Assembly: GCF_036971445.1 (NCBI RefSeq)
Contig: NC_091473.1
Span: 205,654,001 to 205,718,000 of the forward strand
DNA: 64,000 bases
Direction of reading: 5' to 3'
Origin: Narcine bancroftii
Lineage: Eukaryota
Shown here in pieces: positions 12,501-27,206 of this stretch. A program made the position numbers and the translations under genes. The notes under the pieces were generated by a model, which did no database searches, was not told the DNA's origin, and worked only from the letters and a program-made list of their open reading frames with translations. Position 1 is the stretch's first letter. Every line of letters begins with the position of its first letter.

Positions 12501-14220
12501 TCAGTGAGAGAAAGAGATGCAAACGAAAGTCACCCCAGATTCACGAAGTTTCACCCTTATCACAGCCGAAGTCTCTGAAGCAGCACAAGCGTCAAGTTCA
12601 GAGGCAATCCCAGCCTTGAGCTAAACTTCCGAATCTACAAGGAGGCCTTTGTAAGCCTGTAGGTAGCCGTCGAACTAGGACTGGCCAATAGGACACCAGG
12701 CGGGAGTGCTGTGTCTTCGTTCCCCGCGGGTGAGCAGAGGCAGCGATGCCATTACAGCAGCTTCGCTAGTGTCGCCATTATTTCTAAATCTGCGCCCACA
12801 GTCAATTGACAAACCAATTCCAGGTCAGAGTTGTGCCTTTGAACAATGAGACAGAACTCTCGCTTTGCATCCTTCCTTTTCTGATCCAAGGGTATACTCT
12901 GGTTCCGAGCCCTTGACAATAGGAATAATTTTCCCTTTAAATTTAAGCCATTGCCGTGTTGGTAAAATACGCCTCAAAATTTTGAAAATCCATTATACCC
13001 TGCTTGCCCTGTTTCAGGAAGTTATTACCCTTTCAAATTAACATCCCGATTTCACATATTCTAACTTAATATTCCTGATTTAATTTAACGTGTCTGTGAT
13101 AACACAACATCCGTGGGAGGTACGAGATATACAGCCAGAGCTGGCAGTGCAAGAGACCTCAAACACAGGTGACGAGTGGTTGGCTGCAATGGTACTGGAA
13201 GCACGTGAATATGAATCAACACCACATACTGATTTGGTGAATGGAGGAGACGGGAAACAAACTTTTCAGGGCTCAGTTTTAGACATTCTAGATATACATT
13301 TAGCATCGTATTTCAACAGGCGTTGGCAAATCCTTCTCATTCTCCATGCTGTTATACTTTGTGTGCTCATTTCATTTGGAAGAAAAAAAGCAGTACCCCT
13401 TTTAGAAGAGGAGAATTATTTATCTAATCTGTCTACATTCTGAACCGCATTTCTGCTGTTTCTGTTCATGCTATTCTATCTCTCACTGTCTCCAGAATTG
13501 TCCAAGTCTCCACCTACCTCTGCTTCGGGGAAGATCCCAACATCTGTAAAGATCCATTCCAAACCGGTCACACTCTTCCCCCACCCCTCGTTTGACAGAA
13601 TATTGAAAACAGGAATACACAATTCAGCTTTTCCGGTCAGATGTTTGAATGGACGTCTTGTCAGGTCAGCGTCCGTGGCTTGCTCAGGTTCAACTCAATT
13701 ATCTCCATAGCCTACATCTTCTATTTGTAATACAGCCAACGTTTCAGTTTGAAGAAAGTGTGACATTTGTCCACAGCACTTCGGTTTTATTGTTGCATTA
13801 TATGTTCTACATATTGTATGTTAATGTCCCTGTATTTCAGAAAAGAGAATGCTATTTACTACGTATCAACAGAAATGGCCACGAAAAACTCAATGTCGTT
13901 TTCTGATTTAATTTATGTTATCTGCCATTTGAGAGGCAGGAGAATAATATAAATGAAAATGCACCAGCAATCATGCTTGAACACCTTTGAATATGTGGTA
14001 TTCTGATTGAATTGAGTCTGGCCTAATATTAGAAAGATCAGTTTAATTACAGTAGATGCTTCAGAAACTTCCATCGATTTAAAGGTCTCTGGATCGACAC
14101 ATTAATCTGCAGCGAAAATCAAATATGCTGGAAAAAATGTATTTAATTTATTTTGGCTTCCTACTCCGTGTTCTATTATGTGCTACGTTCTCGAATGCAC
14201 AGTGCTCAAATCCGAACAGC
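9530..14220 (+). repeat. Segmental duplication copy 1 of the family-C V block (paralog about 55800-61180)
   Basis: Colinear matches, e.g. gcagagtagt, ttccgatcaataatttt, aaacacaggtgacgagtg.ttggctgcaatggtac, tagatgcttca. Confidence 0.85.
11459..12254 (+). pseudogene. TCR V pseudogene (family C, paralog of V58533)
   Basis: Leader ATG changed to CTG (11459-11510, donor GTAGGT); V exon from 11907 GHCRGNAVSQTP..; TAA at 12098 and a 4-nt insertion frameshift; DAAMYYCGLSP; CACAGAG (12218-12224) with a 21-nt spacer. Confidence 0.92.
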
Positions 14221-15409
14221 AAAGAATCCAAGTATCAAGTGAATAAACACACCTTTAAAAGATCGATAGCGTGATTCATTGGGAAGCTTATATTATTTAA
14301 CGTGATCCTAGGATTATATCATTAACATTATATGAGACACGATCAAGTCAGGTGAAAATAAATTGGCCATATTTGATTTAACCACCATGTTCACCAAGCA
14401 TAAAAGGTGAAATAAATGTAATGAGGCCAGTTCGGGTGAATATAATGGCAACGGTATTTGTAAAACCATTAACAAAAACTAGAATAAACCGGAGAGTAAT
14501 GGGTGAAAGAATGACAAGGAGGTGTAAAACTATAAATGGAGCTGTTATTTCTGATGGGTAAACTTCCATCGAAAGAGTGAAAAATGCGTTTGCAGTGGAT
14601 AATGATATATAGACTATCCACTTCAAAAGCGCCAGTGTGAGATGAAGAATGACCGGGCTAACTATTCGAAGGCCTATTTAATATTAAACGGCGGATTAAC
14701 GTAAATAATCCGAGACATGCAAAATACACAGGAACTAAAGGATGAGCCGTTGGCATGCTGTTCCATATAGTTATGCTGGTCACATCTGCCATAATATCGA
14801 CAACAGGGCCTCAGTGGGGCAAGAGAGCAGCGAGCGAGAGGCTTGAGTGTGTTTGGGGATGAGGAGTATGACAAAAGTGCAACTTCAGATAAATTGTGCG
14901 AATCGACTTTGCTACTGAGACACACATGCATCTTGATGACATCAGTTAACTTTTGCATATTACTCTCGACCTATCCCTATTTTAGGGATAAGAGAACAGC
15001 TTGATCCAAAAGAGATCATGAATCGAAAACATCTATTTCCAGATTTATGGGTTGGTCAATGATATGCCATTCCAGAACAGTACCTAAAGGTATGCACCGA
15101 TGGATCGCCATTTTCCCGTTATTCGAGCCAATGATTAGGCTTTTATATTATTCCAGTTATTCAAGTAATGCACACACTATATTTCCTAAATGTGATACAA
15201 ATTTCACATATCCATGTGCTGAAATACTGAAGACTTCAGAGAATGAGAACTGAGCCCTTAACATCTCGAAATTTTCAGACAGCATTGAAAGGTGGGGAGA
15301 ACCAAAGTTTGTATTTGTTTATGCTGTTGCCAGTTGAATCGCACGCCGCATGACGGGGCTTACGTAAGTTTTTAGAATCGCAAGAGAGAAACGACTCCGA
15401 CGGTTATGA

Positions 15410-18380
15410 CTTATTTTTGTTGATATTTTATTTAGATAATTTAAGGCCAAACATGCAACCAACAGGAAAAAAAACATAACATCTCAAATAAAGAAAAGAG
15501 CGAGTAATCCATGATACATAATGACTATAATCCCTCATCCAACCCGCCCCACGCTCACAAAGAAATAACAAGAGAGAATTAGTAAAGAAAGAAGAAATCT
15601 CGATGACAAAATAAAGAAAAAAAATTAAAATAAAGATAAATAAGTAAGAAAAGAAAGAAGGGAGGATTGTCGTGAATCCGTAGTCTCCTACAGAGCTTTC
15701 AAATTTTCAAAACTTACCGAGGTCTCTAGGGGACTTCGACGTCGGTCTCGAGGGCGATCAGGGATGGGGGCGGCCGTGGGGTGAGCACAGCTAAAGATTG
15801 ACACCCATAGTTTGTATATATGGCTCTCATATGTTTAAAAATAGCATCCCATATTATTTCTTAGGTTATAGATAATCTTCTCAAGGGAAGGACAACTGTG
15901 CATTTCCACATTCCAACGAGTTATACCTCCATGGGCATCAAACTTCGAAGGAACCATATATATTGCTTGGCCACTGGCAATGCTTCTTGACAAATTCTAT
16001 TTGATATTTGAGCAGCCTGATCTTTGGTCTTACTCCCACAATATTCCCAATTAAAAACAGGATTTTTTGGAATTTGAAGCCAAATAATTTTCTCTCGGAA
16101 ACTCCCTTGACCCACCCAGAAGTGTCTCACCTTTGGACATGACCAGGCTGAATGTAAAAGGGTTCCTATCTCCTCGCCTCATCTCAAGAATTGTTCCGAA
16201 AAATCTGATTGTAATTTATTTAATTTATTTCGGCGTGATATATAACTGGTGCAAAAAGATTATTCTACACCCGTCTGGATCTTACATTTATTGTGTTTGT
16301 CCTACTGACCGAAATAAATCGGACCATTTTTATCTATGAATTGTTATATTTAAGTCTAGACTTATCTAACCCCACCCACCCCGTTAAGGAGTTTTAGTAT
16401 GAAGTAAGAGATACGTTCTGATGCATGTTTCTTTGTGCTTTCGTTTTGATTCAGACTGCTCTGATCACTGCACCTTGGTAGAATCATTGTTAGGCCCAAT
16501 TTGTCCCTTAAGTAAGCTCTGAACTGAAAATAGTAGAAGATTGATTCATTCACATTACCGTACTTAGTTTCTCATTGATCAAAGGACATTAGTTGACTCT
16601 GCTCATAACAGCCCTCGATATACCTGGTCCATTTTGTGTATCGGTATTCAAAACGTTACTATTGGTTGTTTAAGATATGAACATATCCAGATTCACGGGT
16701 GTTTTCGGAGATAGTGTAACCTCAACCCTGCACAGACCCAATCTGATAATTTATTGCGTACCAAATACTTTTTATATGGAGACTCGAGTCATCTTACATT
16801 TGCAATGAAAAATTCTGACATATTTATTTAAATCCTTAAACAAATCTGAGGCAACGTTTTGGGCAGCGTCTGAAACAGATATTGTACTCTTGTAAATATA
16901 TTCATTTTTACTCAATTGACTCTATAGCTAATAATAATGGTATTCAAATCCTCTTCAAATATTTTAAGTAACCGGAGATAACTTAACGTGCATAAATTCT
17001 GTAAATTGTCTCTTCTAGTCCCTACGTATTGTATCCAATTCAGCGTCCACGTACATTGAGCTTTTCTTTGTCACCTCTAAACGGCTTAATTTCGCATTTA
17101 TCCTAATTTATTTTATAACCTGGGTTGTTCCAGATAGTCTTCCAGTTCTGAGTACAATTTGTGTAATGAAATTGTTGATTCTGTCAAATATATCTGCAAA
17201 TATATTCGTCCGATATATTAGAACAGTGGTTCCCAACATTTTTCTGTTCACTCACATACGACCTTAAGCAATTCCTTATTAGTCATAGAGCAGCTACAGC
17301 ATAGGGAATACTTAAAGTGGTATGTGAGTGGATACAAAAAGATTGAGGCCATTGTATTAGAATATCTTTTATGTAATTTCTGAGGGGTAAGATATAGCTG
17401 AAACAAAGAAATTACATTGCATCACTATATCTTACATTTTTGTGTATTGGGCATGCATTCCTATCATAAATAGGACCAGTTCGTATCACCAATATTTATA
17501 TTCAAGCCTATTCCATTCTTTGTTTTGATTTATATAACTTCCGCAACTGAAGTAAGGAATACATTGCAGATGTAAACTTCCCGAGTTCCCCTTTCAAATC
17601 AGCATTTCCATTTCACTGTACTCTTGGAACATCATGGCCGATTCTAATTCATCTCCAAAAACTATTAAGATTGTATTATTAAGAATATTTTTTTTACAGT
17701 TCAAATGATATTAATTGCCTTTGTTTATAGGAATGTTCCTCATACCTGATGTCTTTATGGAACCATGTATGCAGAATGTTATTATGCATTGTTAAAGCTA
17801 TTTATGTATTTTGAGTCAAAGTCCTCTTGAAGATCTTTTTTAACTTGGTTATAATTAAGTTATTCAATTTATACTAAATATTCATAATATGCTTTGTTAT
17901 AGGTGTTTCCTTTCCACCAGAAATAGATTAAATATTCCATGCATATATGAGATCATCTGATACGCTCTCACCGACTTCGTGCATTTCAATTTCTATCCAT
18001 GAAGGCTCGTCTCCTCCATCAAAGAGGGAAGTGACAAATTTCATCTGGGCCGCTCAGTAATATGTAAAAGTTTGGAATTCAAACCCCACCCCCCTCCACA
18101 TATAATATTTCCAAAATAAGTTTTCTGTGGAAACTCCGGCTAACTTACTTTTCCAAAGAAACTTCCTAACTTATTAATAATTTTAAAAATCTTTCTTGGT
18201 AATGGCACTGCAAGAGTCTGAAAGATTCACTGTATAAACGGGAATATATTTATTTTCATACAATTAACTCTTCCAAAGTTATTGGAAAAATCGAATATTC
18301 ATTTAAATCTTCTTCAACCTTTTTAAACAAGGGGATGTCGTTCATCTTCCACAAAATCTTCAAGTCATTATCTGTTTTTA
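15410..18380 (-). mobile_element. L1-like LINE, 3' ORF2 and UTR, decayed
   Basis: Minus-strand motifs FYYFQFRAYLRDKLG, ALPVAKQYI, PRL..LFQ.L; T-rich tail at about 15410. Confidence 0.75.
17224..17354. mobile_element. hAT-type MITE (131 bp) with 8-bp TSD TATTAGAA
   Basis: Termini CAGTGGTTCCCAAC...GGCCATTG, internal palindrome (cactcacatac / gtatgtgagtg), exact TSD at 17216-17223 and 17355-17362. Confidence 0.85.
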
Positions 18381-19095
18381 ATCCCAAAATACATAATCCC
18401 GTTCTTCAGTTGACTGTGATGATTTCTTGTTGATGTACAGGTGCTTGTAATTCCTACCATTGGGAACTACAAAGTTGAAGGAAAGAAAAAGATGAAAATC
18501 AATCTTCCGATGAGAGGAAGAAGTAAAGAATAAATGGACAGAGTAAAAGAGGACATGATCCTTGAGCCACAGCACACTCTCGACGAAACCATTTAGCTCG
18601 ACATTCCCTCGACTTAATGTTGTTTGTTGCCAGAGTTGCAAAGTGGAAGGCCTCCATGTCACACCTCATTTGCAGCCTCGGTGAAGATATTTGCTTTGCA
18701 CACTGAAAGTAAACGAAGTTGCTTCGAAGTTATGAAATACTAAAGACTGAGGTCCGGGTGATTATAGTAAAAATACGGAATGCTGGAGTAATTTAGCCGA
18801 AGGTAAAGATGTATATCCAAATTTTTAGACAGGCGTTTAAATTAAATGTAAAGGTTTTAATTTGATATGGAGAAGGGGGCCAGCAGAGAGGAATTGATTG
18901 GGGAGGATGTTTTCGCTCAATGACGACATAGCTGGTCTCATAGAGGAAAAACAAATCGGCGTCTTCATTCAATGGAAAGTCAGGAGAAAAGTGCAGTCAA
19001 ACAGTGAAATGGTGTTAACGTGTTATGGAGATGAGGAAAAGGAGAGAGGAAGTAAGAATTCATTGGGGAGGATGTTTGGGTTCATGAATACAGAG

Positions 19096-19249
19096 NNNNN
19101 NNNNNNNNNNNNNNNNNNNNNNNNNNNNNNNNNNNNNNNNNNNNNNNNNNNNNNNNNNNNNNNNNNNNNNNNNNNNNNNNNNNNNNNNNNNNNNNNNNNN
19201 NNNNNNNNNNNNNNNNNNNNNNNNNNNNNNNNNNNNNNNNNNNNNNNNN
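19096..19249. other. Assembly gap (N run) next to GA-rich repeats; other gaps at 45582-45747 and 48149-48316
   Basis: N runs flanked by GA-rich sequence. Confidence 1.
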
Positions 19250-19433
19250 AGAGAGATCTTAAAGATCGAGAGAGAGAGAGTTTAAGGATCGAGATAGAGA
19301 TAGAGCTTAACGATCAAGGGACAGAGAGAGCTGAAAGATCGAGAGAGAGAGAGCTTAAAGATCGAGAGAGAGAGAGTTTAAGGATCGAGATAGAGATAGA
19401 GCTTAACGATCAAGGGACAGAGAGAGCTGAAAG

Positions 19434-19471
<38 letters not shown>

Positions 19472-20479
19472 AAGATCCAGAGAGAGAGACAGCTAGAGGA
19501 AAAATGAGATACAGCGATATATGTTTGCGGGAAGGGGAGTCTGATGGTAACACGAGAAGTCGATGTGAATGCCATCTGGATGGAGGGTTCCCGAAGCGAT
19601 TATGACATTTTTCCCTACAGTGTTCAGGTTGTCTCGGTCTGATAGTTTACCAGAATATCCAGCTATTTACATAAGGGAATCTGACAGGAATAGAAATGTT
19701 TAGTTCCTGGGATATTCTGCTATGGCGGCGCTCAAAGCTGAGGTACTGAATGATGCGATCTCCCAGTCTGACATCAAACCCAACACTCAGGTATGGAGGA
19801 AGGGAGAAAGGAAGGGAGGAAGGGAGAAAAAAGAGCGAAAGGTAAGAGAAATGGAGGTGGGGAAAGAGGGAGAAAATGTCAGAGGAAGTACGGAAAGAAG
19901 GCACGTATTGAAATTGCGGTCGATGGTAGTCTGAATGCATCAGGACCGACATCTTGCAATCGCCCAACCAACTAATGCGGAGCACTGACTGAGAAATCCA
20001 AATTTAGGGGCAATGCCCGCTCATTTTATCGAAATAGAAACATGCCCCTGATCCGCATTTCATCACATCTCTCCGATTCAGAGAACAAACACGACAGATT
20101 AAAGCCAGAGGCCATTTTCCCCAGACCAAAGAGAACGCCGTTTCTCTGGTCAATATGGATTATCATGTACTTTTTACCCGATGAAGTCATGTTTCCATGG
20201 CATTGCTGCGCCACGATATTTTTCTTATCTCCTTGACTACTGTTTCATATTAATTATAATGTTTATTATCGTTGTCATTGAACAATATACAGATGCGCAG
20301 ACATATCTACGCTGCAGCCAAGCGGATATTTGATAAATAAATAAGGGGACTGCCTTCTGTCCGTTGATGAAGTAGCAGCTTTTTGAAGTTGGTCCAGCTT
20401 ATGTTATCATTTTCAAATTTTTAAAGTCCTTATTCTTAAAACACTTTGCGCCTTAAATTGATTGGATTAACGGCAGTAA

Positions 20480-23400
20480 TTGTATTCAATATGGATAGAA
20501 GGAGATGAGAGGATCCTCCTGCATCTTGGGAATCTCTTATGGAATTACTTGGACAACATACGAAAGAATTCTCTGATGAGAAAGAAATTCATAAAGGAAT
20601 TTAAGTAGATGAATGTTAATTTGGATTAATTTCCAGAAGTATAAGAAGTTTTATGATAATGAAGCAATCTCGACTGCTGTGGATAGAAGACTGAATTACA
20701 TTTCAAGTGTTAAGTAAAAAGCTATAAAATATAATTAAGAATTAAAGCAGAATATCATTAACTTAGAAAACAAAAGTAGAGGAAATAACGTACGAATCCA
20801 TGGCTTGAAAGAGTCAAATGAGGGTGATCAACCTACTAAATCCTTTTGAAATATTTTTGTTAGAAATGTATGGTCCTGGAGTCTGCCGACTCTCCCTATC
20901 AGTTCCAGTCAGAGAACTCGATCAACCAAAGGGTTTAGAGGGGTTAAGTCTTCATTGATTTTTCCAATGCTCCTTCGAATTACATTGAAGGACAAATCTA
21001 ATAAATAGTTTTGTTCCGATTAAGATGGTCAGGAGTTTTTGGATGAATATCTGCCATCTATTTACTCTCCGTCAGTGTAACTGTTTCTCTATTTCACTGT
21101 AGATGATTAACTTCACGAATCTTTTAATTAATAGAATAAGATCTTAATGATTTAATGTTTCAATTGTTTATAAATTTTGATTTGAGTGTTTTGAAACATT
21201 TTAACCACAGAATATAATAATAAGCTTCTTGAAACTGATATAACGATTTAAATTAATCTTATAATGCGGTGGTATCTCCTCGTTGTGCGAAATGCATCAA
21301 TGGAGATGCTTCATTTATTCATACGTTTTTGATTTATCAATTTTGAGAAATATTGGAACCAAGTATTTCAACACTTCTCTGCACGTTTTAAAGCCTATTG
21401 TATACCTAATACCTTAACGTCCTTATTTTGCATAGTTCGAGAGAATGACATAAAGGCAACAGCATCTGATCTGCATTTACTAGCTTTTTATTTTCTCATG
21501 GCTCGTTGGGCAGTGTTTCTCAGATGGACAGACGTTGTTTTGTCTATTCATGCTCAATGATTACGTGGTCTAATGGGATATTGATATTTAGAGAAGATTA
21601 GATGCTCAATCTTTGAATTACTTTCATAAACGTTCATTTGATATGATGGTAGAAGTTTTGACTAATGCGACAATTTACTACTTCGATAAGAATTTGTTGT
21701 TTCTTTGCTTTTAGTGAAACAGCTTATTTCTTTGTAGTGGGTTTGGATCTTTTTATTATTAATAAATTATTAATATAATATAGCTTGCTTGGTTGACAAT
21801 TTGGGGTACATTGGAAGAAATTATATGATTTAAGTGCAATGCATCTCTTTACCTTTAACATTTATCCTTATCCATGCTGTATTTTTGATGTTAAATTTCA
21901 ATGTTAATAAAACTAGTGAAAAATTGAAAATATGTTAGTATCTGCATATTTTCATTCAAATGGTTTTCGTTTGTTTACAATGGTTTGAATGTGTTCTTTT
22001 ATTGTGAAAACATAATTATCATCTGTGTCTCTGTCCTTTGCATTAATTGTAGCAGCTGTGTTTTGTCTCATTTTGTATGTATTTAAGGTTGATTATAATT
22101 TTGGAGTTTTTCCCCAGCAGAAAAATTTGGGGAGAGGGAATAACGTGCCATCAGTCTTTTAATCGACTTTCTGGCTTCGGGATGAGAATTAAGGTTTTTT
22201 CTGCATTTTCCTGATAGCTAATTTGTCTTTTCAGAGACTCATCTGCTTTTTATTTATTTCATTTTCAATGCTTGTTCAGTATAATTTGAATTAGCTTTTT
22301 ACTTGCTTGCGTTTTCCTTAAAAAAATAACATTAACAAAGTATTAATTTACTTAGTTTTAAAGTCAATGTGTTAAATCACCCTATAAAATGAAATAATAG
22401 TTTCCTTACATTAAAAAAAAACCCCAAGATCCAAATTATATTTCAGGAAGAAACGCATGTAAGCAACAGTGACAACACACATCTTTTAAGACCGAGGGAG
22501 AGAATGTGCTGTCATTATTAATTTCTGGTTAAATCTAGCAGACTACCGAACTCTATAGATCATACAATTCCCTTTATTCAACATAATCATGTGTCACATA
22601 AAAATGGTCGTCTCGCTGTTGTGGTAGGTAAATTGTATAACTAATTGTTTGTCTTGGTAATATGTCTGCCGCGTATGTGGATGATCCTTGATTCTGTAAA
22701 CGTTTTATTTCCAGCTTTTCCTGATTTGAACCTTTCATATTTAGTGATTAGTGGAGGCTTTAATTATTAGTTAGATCCAGTCTTTGACCGCTCCTTCTCT
22801 GGACCAGCCTTTGTCAATCATCGGCTTTATTTATTCAATGTTTAAAAATAATGTGGTATTATCAATGTCTGGCGTCTGTTTATCATCTAGAATGTAGAGA
22901 ATATTGGTTTTTATCTTAGAATCATTCACGGATCGACTACTCTTTGTTGATATTTAATTGATCCTGCAAATTCGATGGTCTAAATAAAAAAATATAATTA
23001 TTTCTGACCATAATCCTGTGTTTATATCCTTAAACTTCTCGGCTAGTCCCCAAATAAACAGGTATTGGTGTTTCCATTCCACCCTTCTTTCTGGTAAAGA
23101 TTTTCTTAAAGTTCTTGGAAGAACAAATGATTTAATCTTTTAAAAGAAATACTGAGGAAGATATTTCTAATCTTATTGCTTGAGATGCTTTCAAGGCTTT
23201 TTTATTCGAGTACAATTTATCTCTGATATTGCATGTATTAACAATAAAAGAGAAAACTGATATACCTAATCAACTGAAACAAGTAAATCATGTTATGACT
23301 CCAGAGCATGAGTGTCGAAATTAAAACTAAATTTCATGTCCTTTTAATATATCCAATAAAATCCAAGTTTAAAAAGATAAAAGTAAATTTTTTGTTCATG

Positions 23401-25625
23401 GAAATAAAACAGTCAAACGATTGGCTAACCAACTGAACGTTTTAGTAGGCAAACGACAAATTAGAGAAATACACAAGGCTAATGGTATATGACAACTGAT
23501 CATTTAGAAATAAATGATACCTTTAAGGAATTTTATTCTGAACTTTATAGTTTCAATTTTCCAAAGGATAATATTGTAATGAATCATCTTTTTAGATTAA
23601 TCGAATATTCCACTACTTACAGCTGCTGATCAAAAGCAGTTGGATAAGCCCATTTCGTTTGAGGAAATTTCCGAGCTTATCACCATTCTGGGAAGTCACC
23701 ATGCCATTATAGATTTTCTGGTGAATTCTATAATGCTTTTTTTTTCTCGTCCGTGGTCTGTTTATTTCCCTGATTCTTTTAAGTTGGGGAATTGTCACAG
23801 ACGTTTTAATAAAGCTTACATTGTGTTTATTCTTAAAAATAATAAATAATAAAAGCCAATTGGACTGGACGTCATACATGCCAATTTATTTACGTAAAGT
23901 TGACATAAAAAAAATCCAGGGTTTGGCCAAATATTTTCCCACTTACTATATCTGACGATCAGGCTGGATTTATTATAATAGGTATTCCAATTTCAATATA
24001 CGCCCTTTACAAAATATTATATATGGTCCTTCGAAAGCCATTTTGGAATGTGTTCATGGAGAAGGCGTTTGATTGGTTAGAATGGAAGTATTCATTAAAG
24101 ACTTAAGAGACATTTAACTTCGTGTCTGACTTTATTCAATTAATACAATTACTATATTTATCCCCCTCTGCATGCATTATTACTGACTTTCAAAATTCTA
24201 AATCATTTATTCTGTAACATGGAACTACGCAAGGATGCTCTGTAAGTCCACTGCTTTTTGATTTGGCTTTAGAATCCTTAGCTGTCGCTTTTCGGAGAAT
24301 CCAATGATATAATTAGCAGTTTTAGGAAGTAGACTACCTACAAGGTTTTGCTTCATGATGATGAGGATGATTTATTGCTTTTATTTCTCATATTGAGACC
24401 TTCTATGCTTTCTTTACTTTCTAATTGTAGACACTTTTCTGGCTATTAGTTGAAGACGGAGGGAGAGAATGTGCTGTCATTATTAATTTCTGGTTAAACC
24501 TAGCAGACTACCGAACTCTATAGATCATACAATTCCCTTTATACAACATAAAGAGTGAACTCTTTCCTTTGAATAATTTGGCAAAGATAAATTTTAATTT
24601 TCCTTTGAAGACTGTAAGAAATCAATTTTATAATTTGGGTGTAATAATTATTAAGAATTCTAAATGCCTATTTAAAGAGTTTTTTCTCAATTTTAAAAGA
24701 CGTGAGGGGGCGTTATCAAATGGGTCATCCATTTTTTATCGTTTGTTGGTCGAATCAACTCTTAAAAATAATATCTGAACATAAATTTACATACCTTTGT
24801 CAGGCTTTGTCTGTTTTTATTCTTGTCTTTTTTGATGGATATATATGGAAGGAAAACACACCCGTCTAGATAAATTTCACTTTCAAATATCTAACGAAAA
24901 ATGTAGGTTTATCTCCAGCAAACTTGAGGTTCGATTACTGGGCCGTGAACATACGAAATATTATGTTTTGCTCATATCATAATAACCATGAAGAATGTCC
25001 AATATGGGTTTTCTTGTAATCTAATTCTGATACAAAATTTTGTATTATCCATCTTTTTGGATCTTCTCTTGCTGTATCTTTAAATAAATGAAATGATGCT
25101 ACGGTGGTAAATATACTTTGAGGATCTGGATATATATTTAGACAACAGTTACGTTTATTGCGATTTTCCTTTTCTAGTCCTTTTTTTCAATTTTTTTCAA
25201 CCTTCTATGATTGACGTAGCTTTTAAAGGATAGTATAGATAAGGTATTAAATGTTTAGAAGATATATTTGCTGAGGCCTGTCTCTCTTCTTTCAGCTAAA
25301 TATAGTTCACTAAATGCACGTTGTCGTTTCCTACAGGTCAGAGATTTTTTTTTGCGCTTCCAATTTTCTAATAGCTTTAATAAGAATTTAGAAGATATAA
25401 AGATATAAATTTTAAGTTTAAACCTTTATATAATCATTCAACATCTAACATTTATGGTATGCTGTTGGGAACAAGAGTGGTTTGTTTTTTAAAATAAAAG
25501 TTTAAAAAAGCCAAAGAACATGACCTAGAGTTTTGAAATTCGCAAGAAATTTGGAAACCAATTTTCAAAATTGGTTAATATTTCATCTTTATGTGCTCGT
25601 CACGTTTCCCTACAATTTAAAATAT
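20480..25625 (+). mobile_element. L1-like LINE: ORF1 relic, misplaced 3' end, and ORF2 (endonuclease + RT), decayed
   Basis: LENKSRGNNVRIHGL (ORF1, about 20762); FQEETH and SRIDY (EN); EKAFDWLEWKY, GTTQGCSVSPLLFDLALE (RT); ends LCARHVSLQFKI. Confidence 0.88.
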
Positions 25626-25694
25626 GAATATTGAAAATTTCTATCGTGCAAGAAAATAATTGCATAACTAAAGTTTTTTTCAAAATATGGTGGA

Positions 25695-25968
25695 CGACTT
25701 TGGCAATGATCCAGTGCCTTACAGACACCTCAGATGAGAGCCGAAGAAGGGCAAACCATAAGACCGCACTGCAGTTACCCTCCTACCTTGATAACCCACA
25801 CCGTTTAATAGTACATCATATATCCTGAAGAATTATGCAGACATCTATTATCAAGCAGTCAGATGAATTCAGTCAGATAGCATTGATTTCTATTTGAAAT
25901 AAACGTTACCAATCTTTTTATTATCTCTGACGCTGCTGTCTCCAAACGTGCCACATTAGAACTCAGTG
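25695..25968 (+). pseudogene. Highly decayed TCR V pseudogene
   Basis: DFGND..QTPQMRAEEGQTIRPHCSYP..*YIIYPE..ISDAAV, then heptamer-like CTCAGTG (25962-25968). Confidence 0.65.
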
Positions 25969-26802
25969 TTTCCAAAGATATTATCTTTTGATTTCTTTCT
26001 CCTATTGTTAGGGGTGCCGGTATTGCTTATGTGTACTCTTTGTTTATTTATCAACGCAGACAAGAGTTGACGTCGGTACATTTTAGTATTTAAAATGTTA
26101 ATTAAGAGACAACAAATGGAAAAGCTGAAACTTTGAAACCAACACTGAGACAGATTAGTCGTCAATTGTAAAATTAGGATATCACTGCAGTTCCATCGAT
26201 AAACCAAGACTGACCTGCTAAACATAAGAACCTGTTCTGCTGCAGAAAGTAATACTATTGGTGCACAAATAAATTGTACCTTATGGATGACAATGGACGC
26301 ACTATTAAACACATGAATTCAGAAATAGATTTAGATTTAGGCATTGAATAAAATGACTATTAAATATATTTGTTGCATGAATTGTCGATGAAATCCATCT
26401 CAGAGTTTACATATTTTTATGTCTCTTCCTCAACTAGTCCCCCACCCTCTCCTTTGCAATAATTGAAGCAAAGACATATGGAATTATCATGAGGAGTTTC
26501 CTAATTGGTATTCTTATTTGTATATGTATGCACTTATATATTCCTGTTATTTCAATGATATGTGCTGTAATAAGACGTCTTTTCTTGATTCTATCTCTTC
26601 CCAGATTGAGCCCACATGAGATGAGAGCGTCCTTGTTCAGATTGGGGCGGTTGTGAGAGACAATTTATGAATATTCAACTAAATGCCCGTAATATCCCGA
26701 GAGAAGAGTATGATCCTAATCTGCATTTCCTCACATCAACGTGATCGGACGCAGAAGCACTGTCGTATCGATTGGAGGAGATTTGTTTTCAAACCAAACA
26801 CC

Positions 26803-27157
26803 ATGTCCTTCTTCTGCTCCATATTGATTATTATTCCGCGTGCTCCAGTAAGTATTTGTTTTAATGAACCATGTGATGATCGTGGCTTCGGTGGTCGTCC
26901 ACATCGCACATTTTATTTGCAGTTGACAATGGAACAGATTGAAGCTTCGAACAAACGCTTGAGCTGTCTGAGGAAGATTGCCAAACTGTAACATTGAATA
27001 TCAGTTATCCTGCACATTATCTAGTTATCCTGTATTCAGAAATATTCAATAACCTGGGCATTAAAAAGTAAAACACGAAAGTCTCCAGACACAATGGTTG
27101 AAAGAAAAAAATAATGCTAAAGAAACTCAAATGGTCAAACAGTGTAGTTGATCCAGC

Positions 27158-27206
<49 letters not shown>

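Noticed and set aside
18898-19605. 235-aa ORF with a 96-bp tandem repeat
   Set aside because: Spans an N gap and GA-rich low-complexity sequence; the duplication beside the gap may be an assembly artefact
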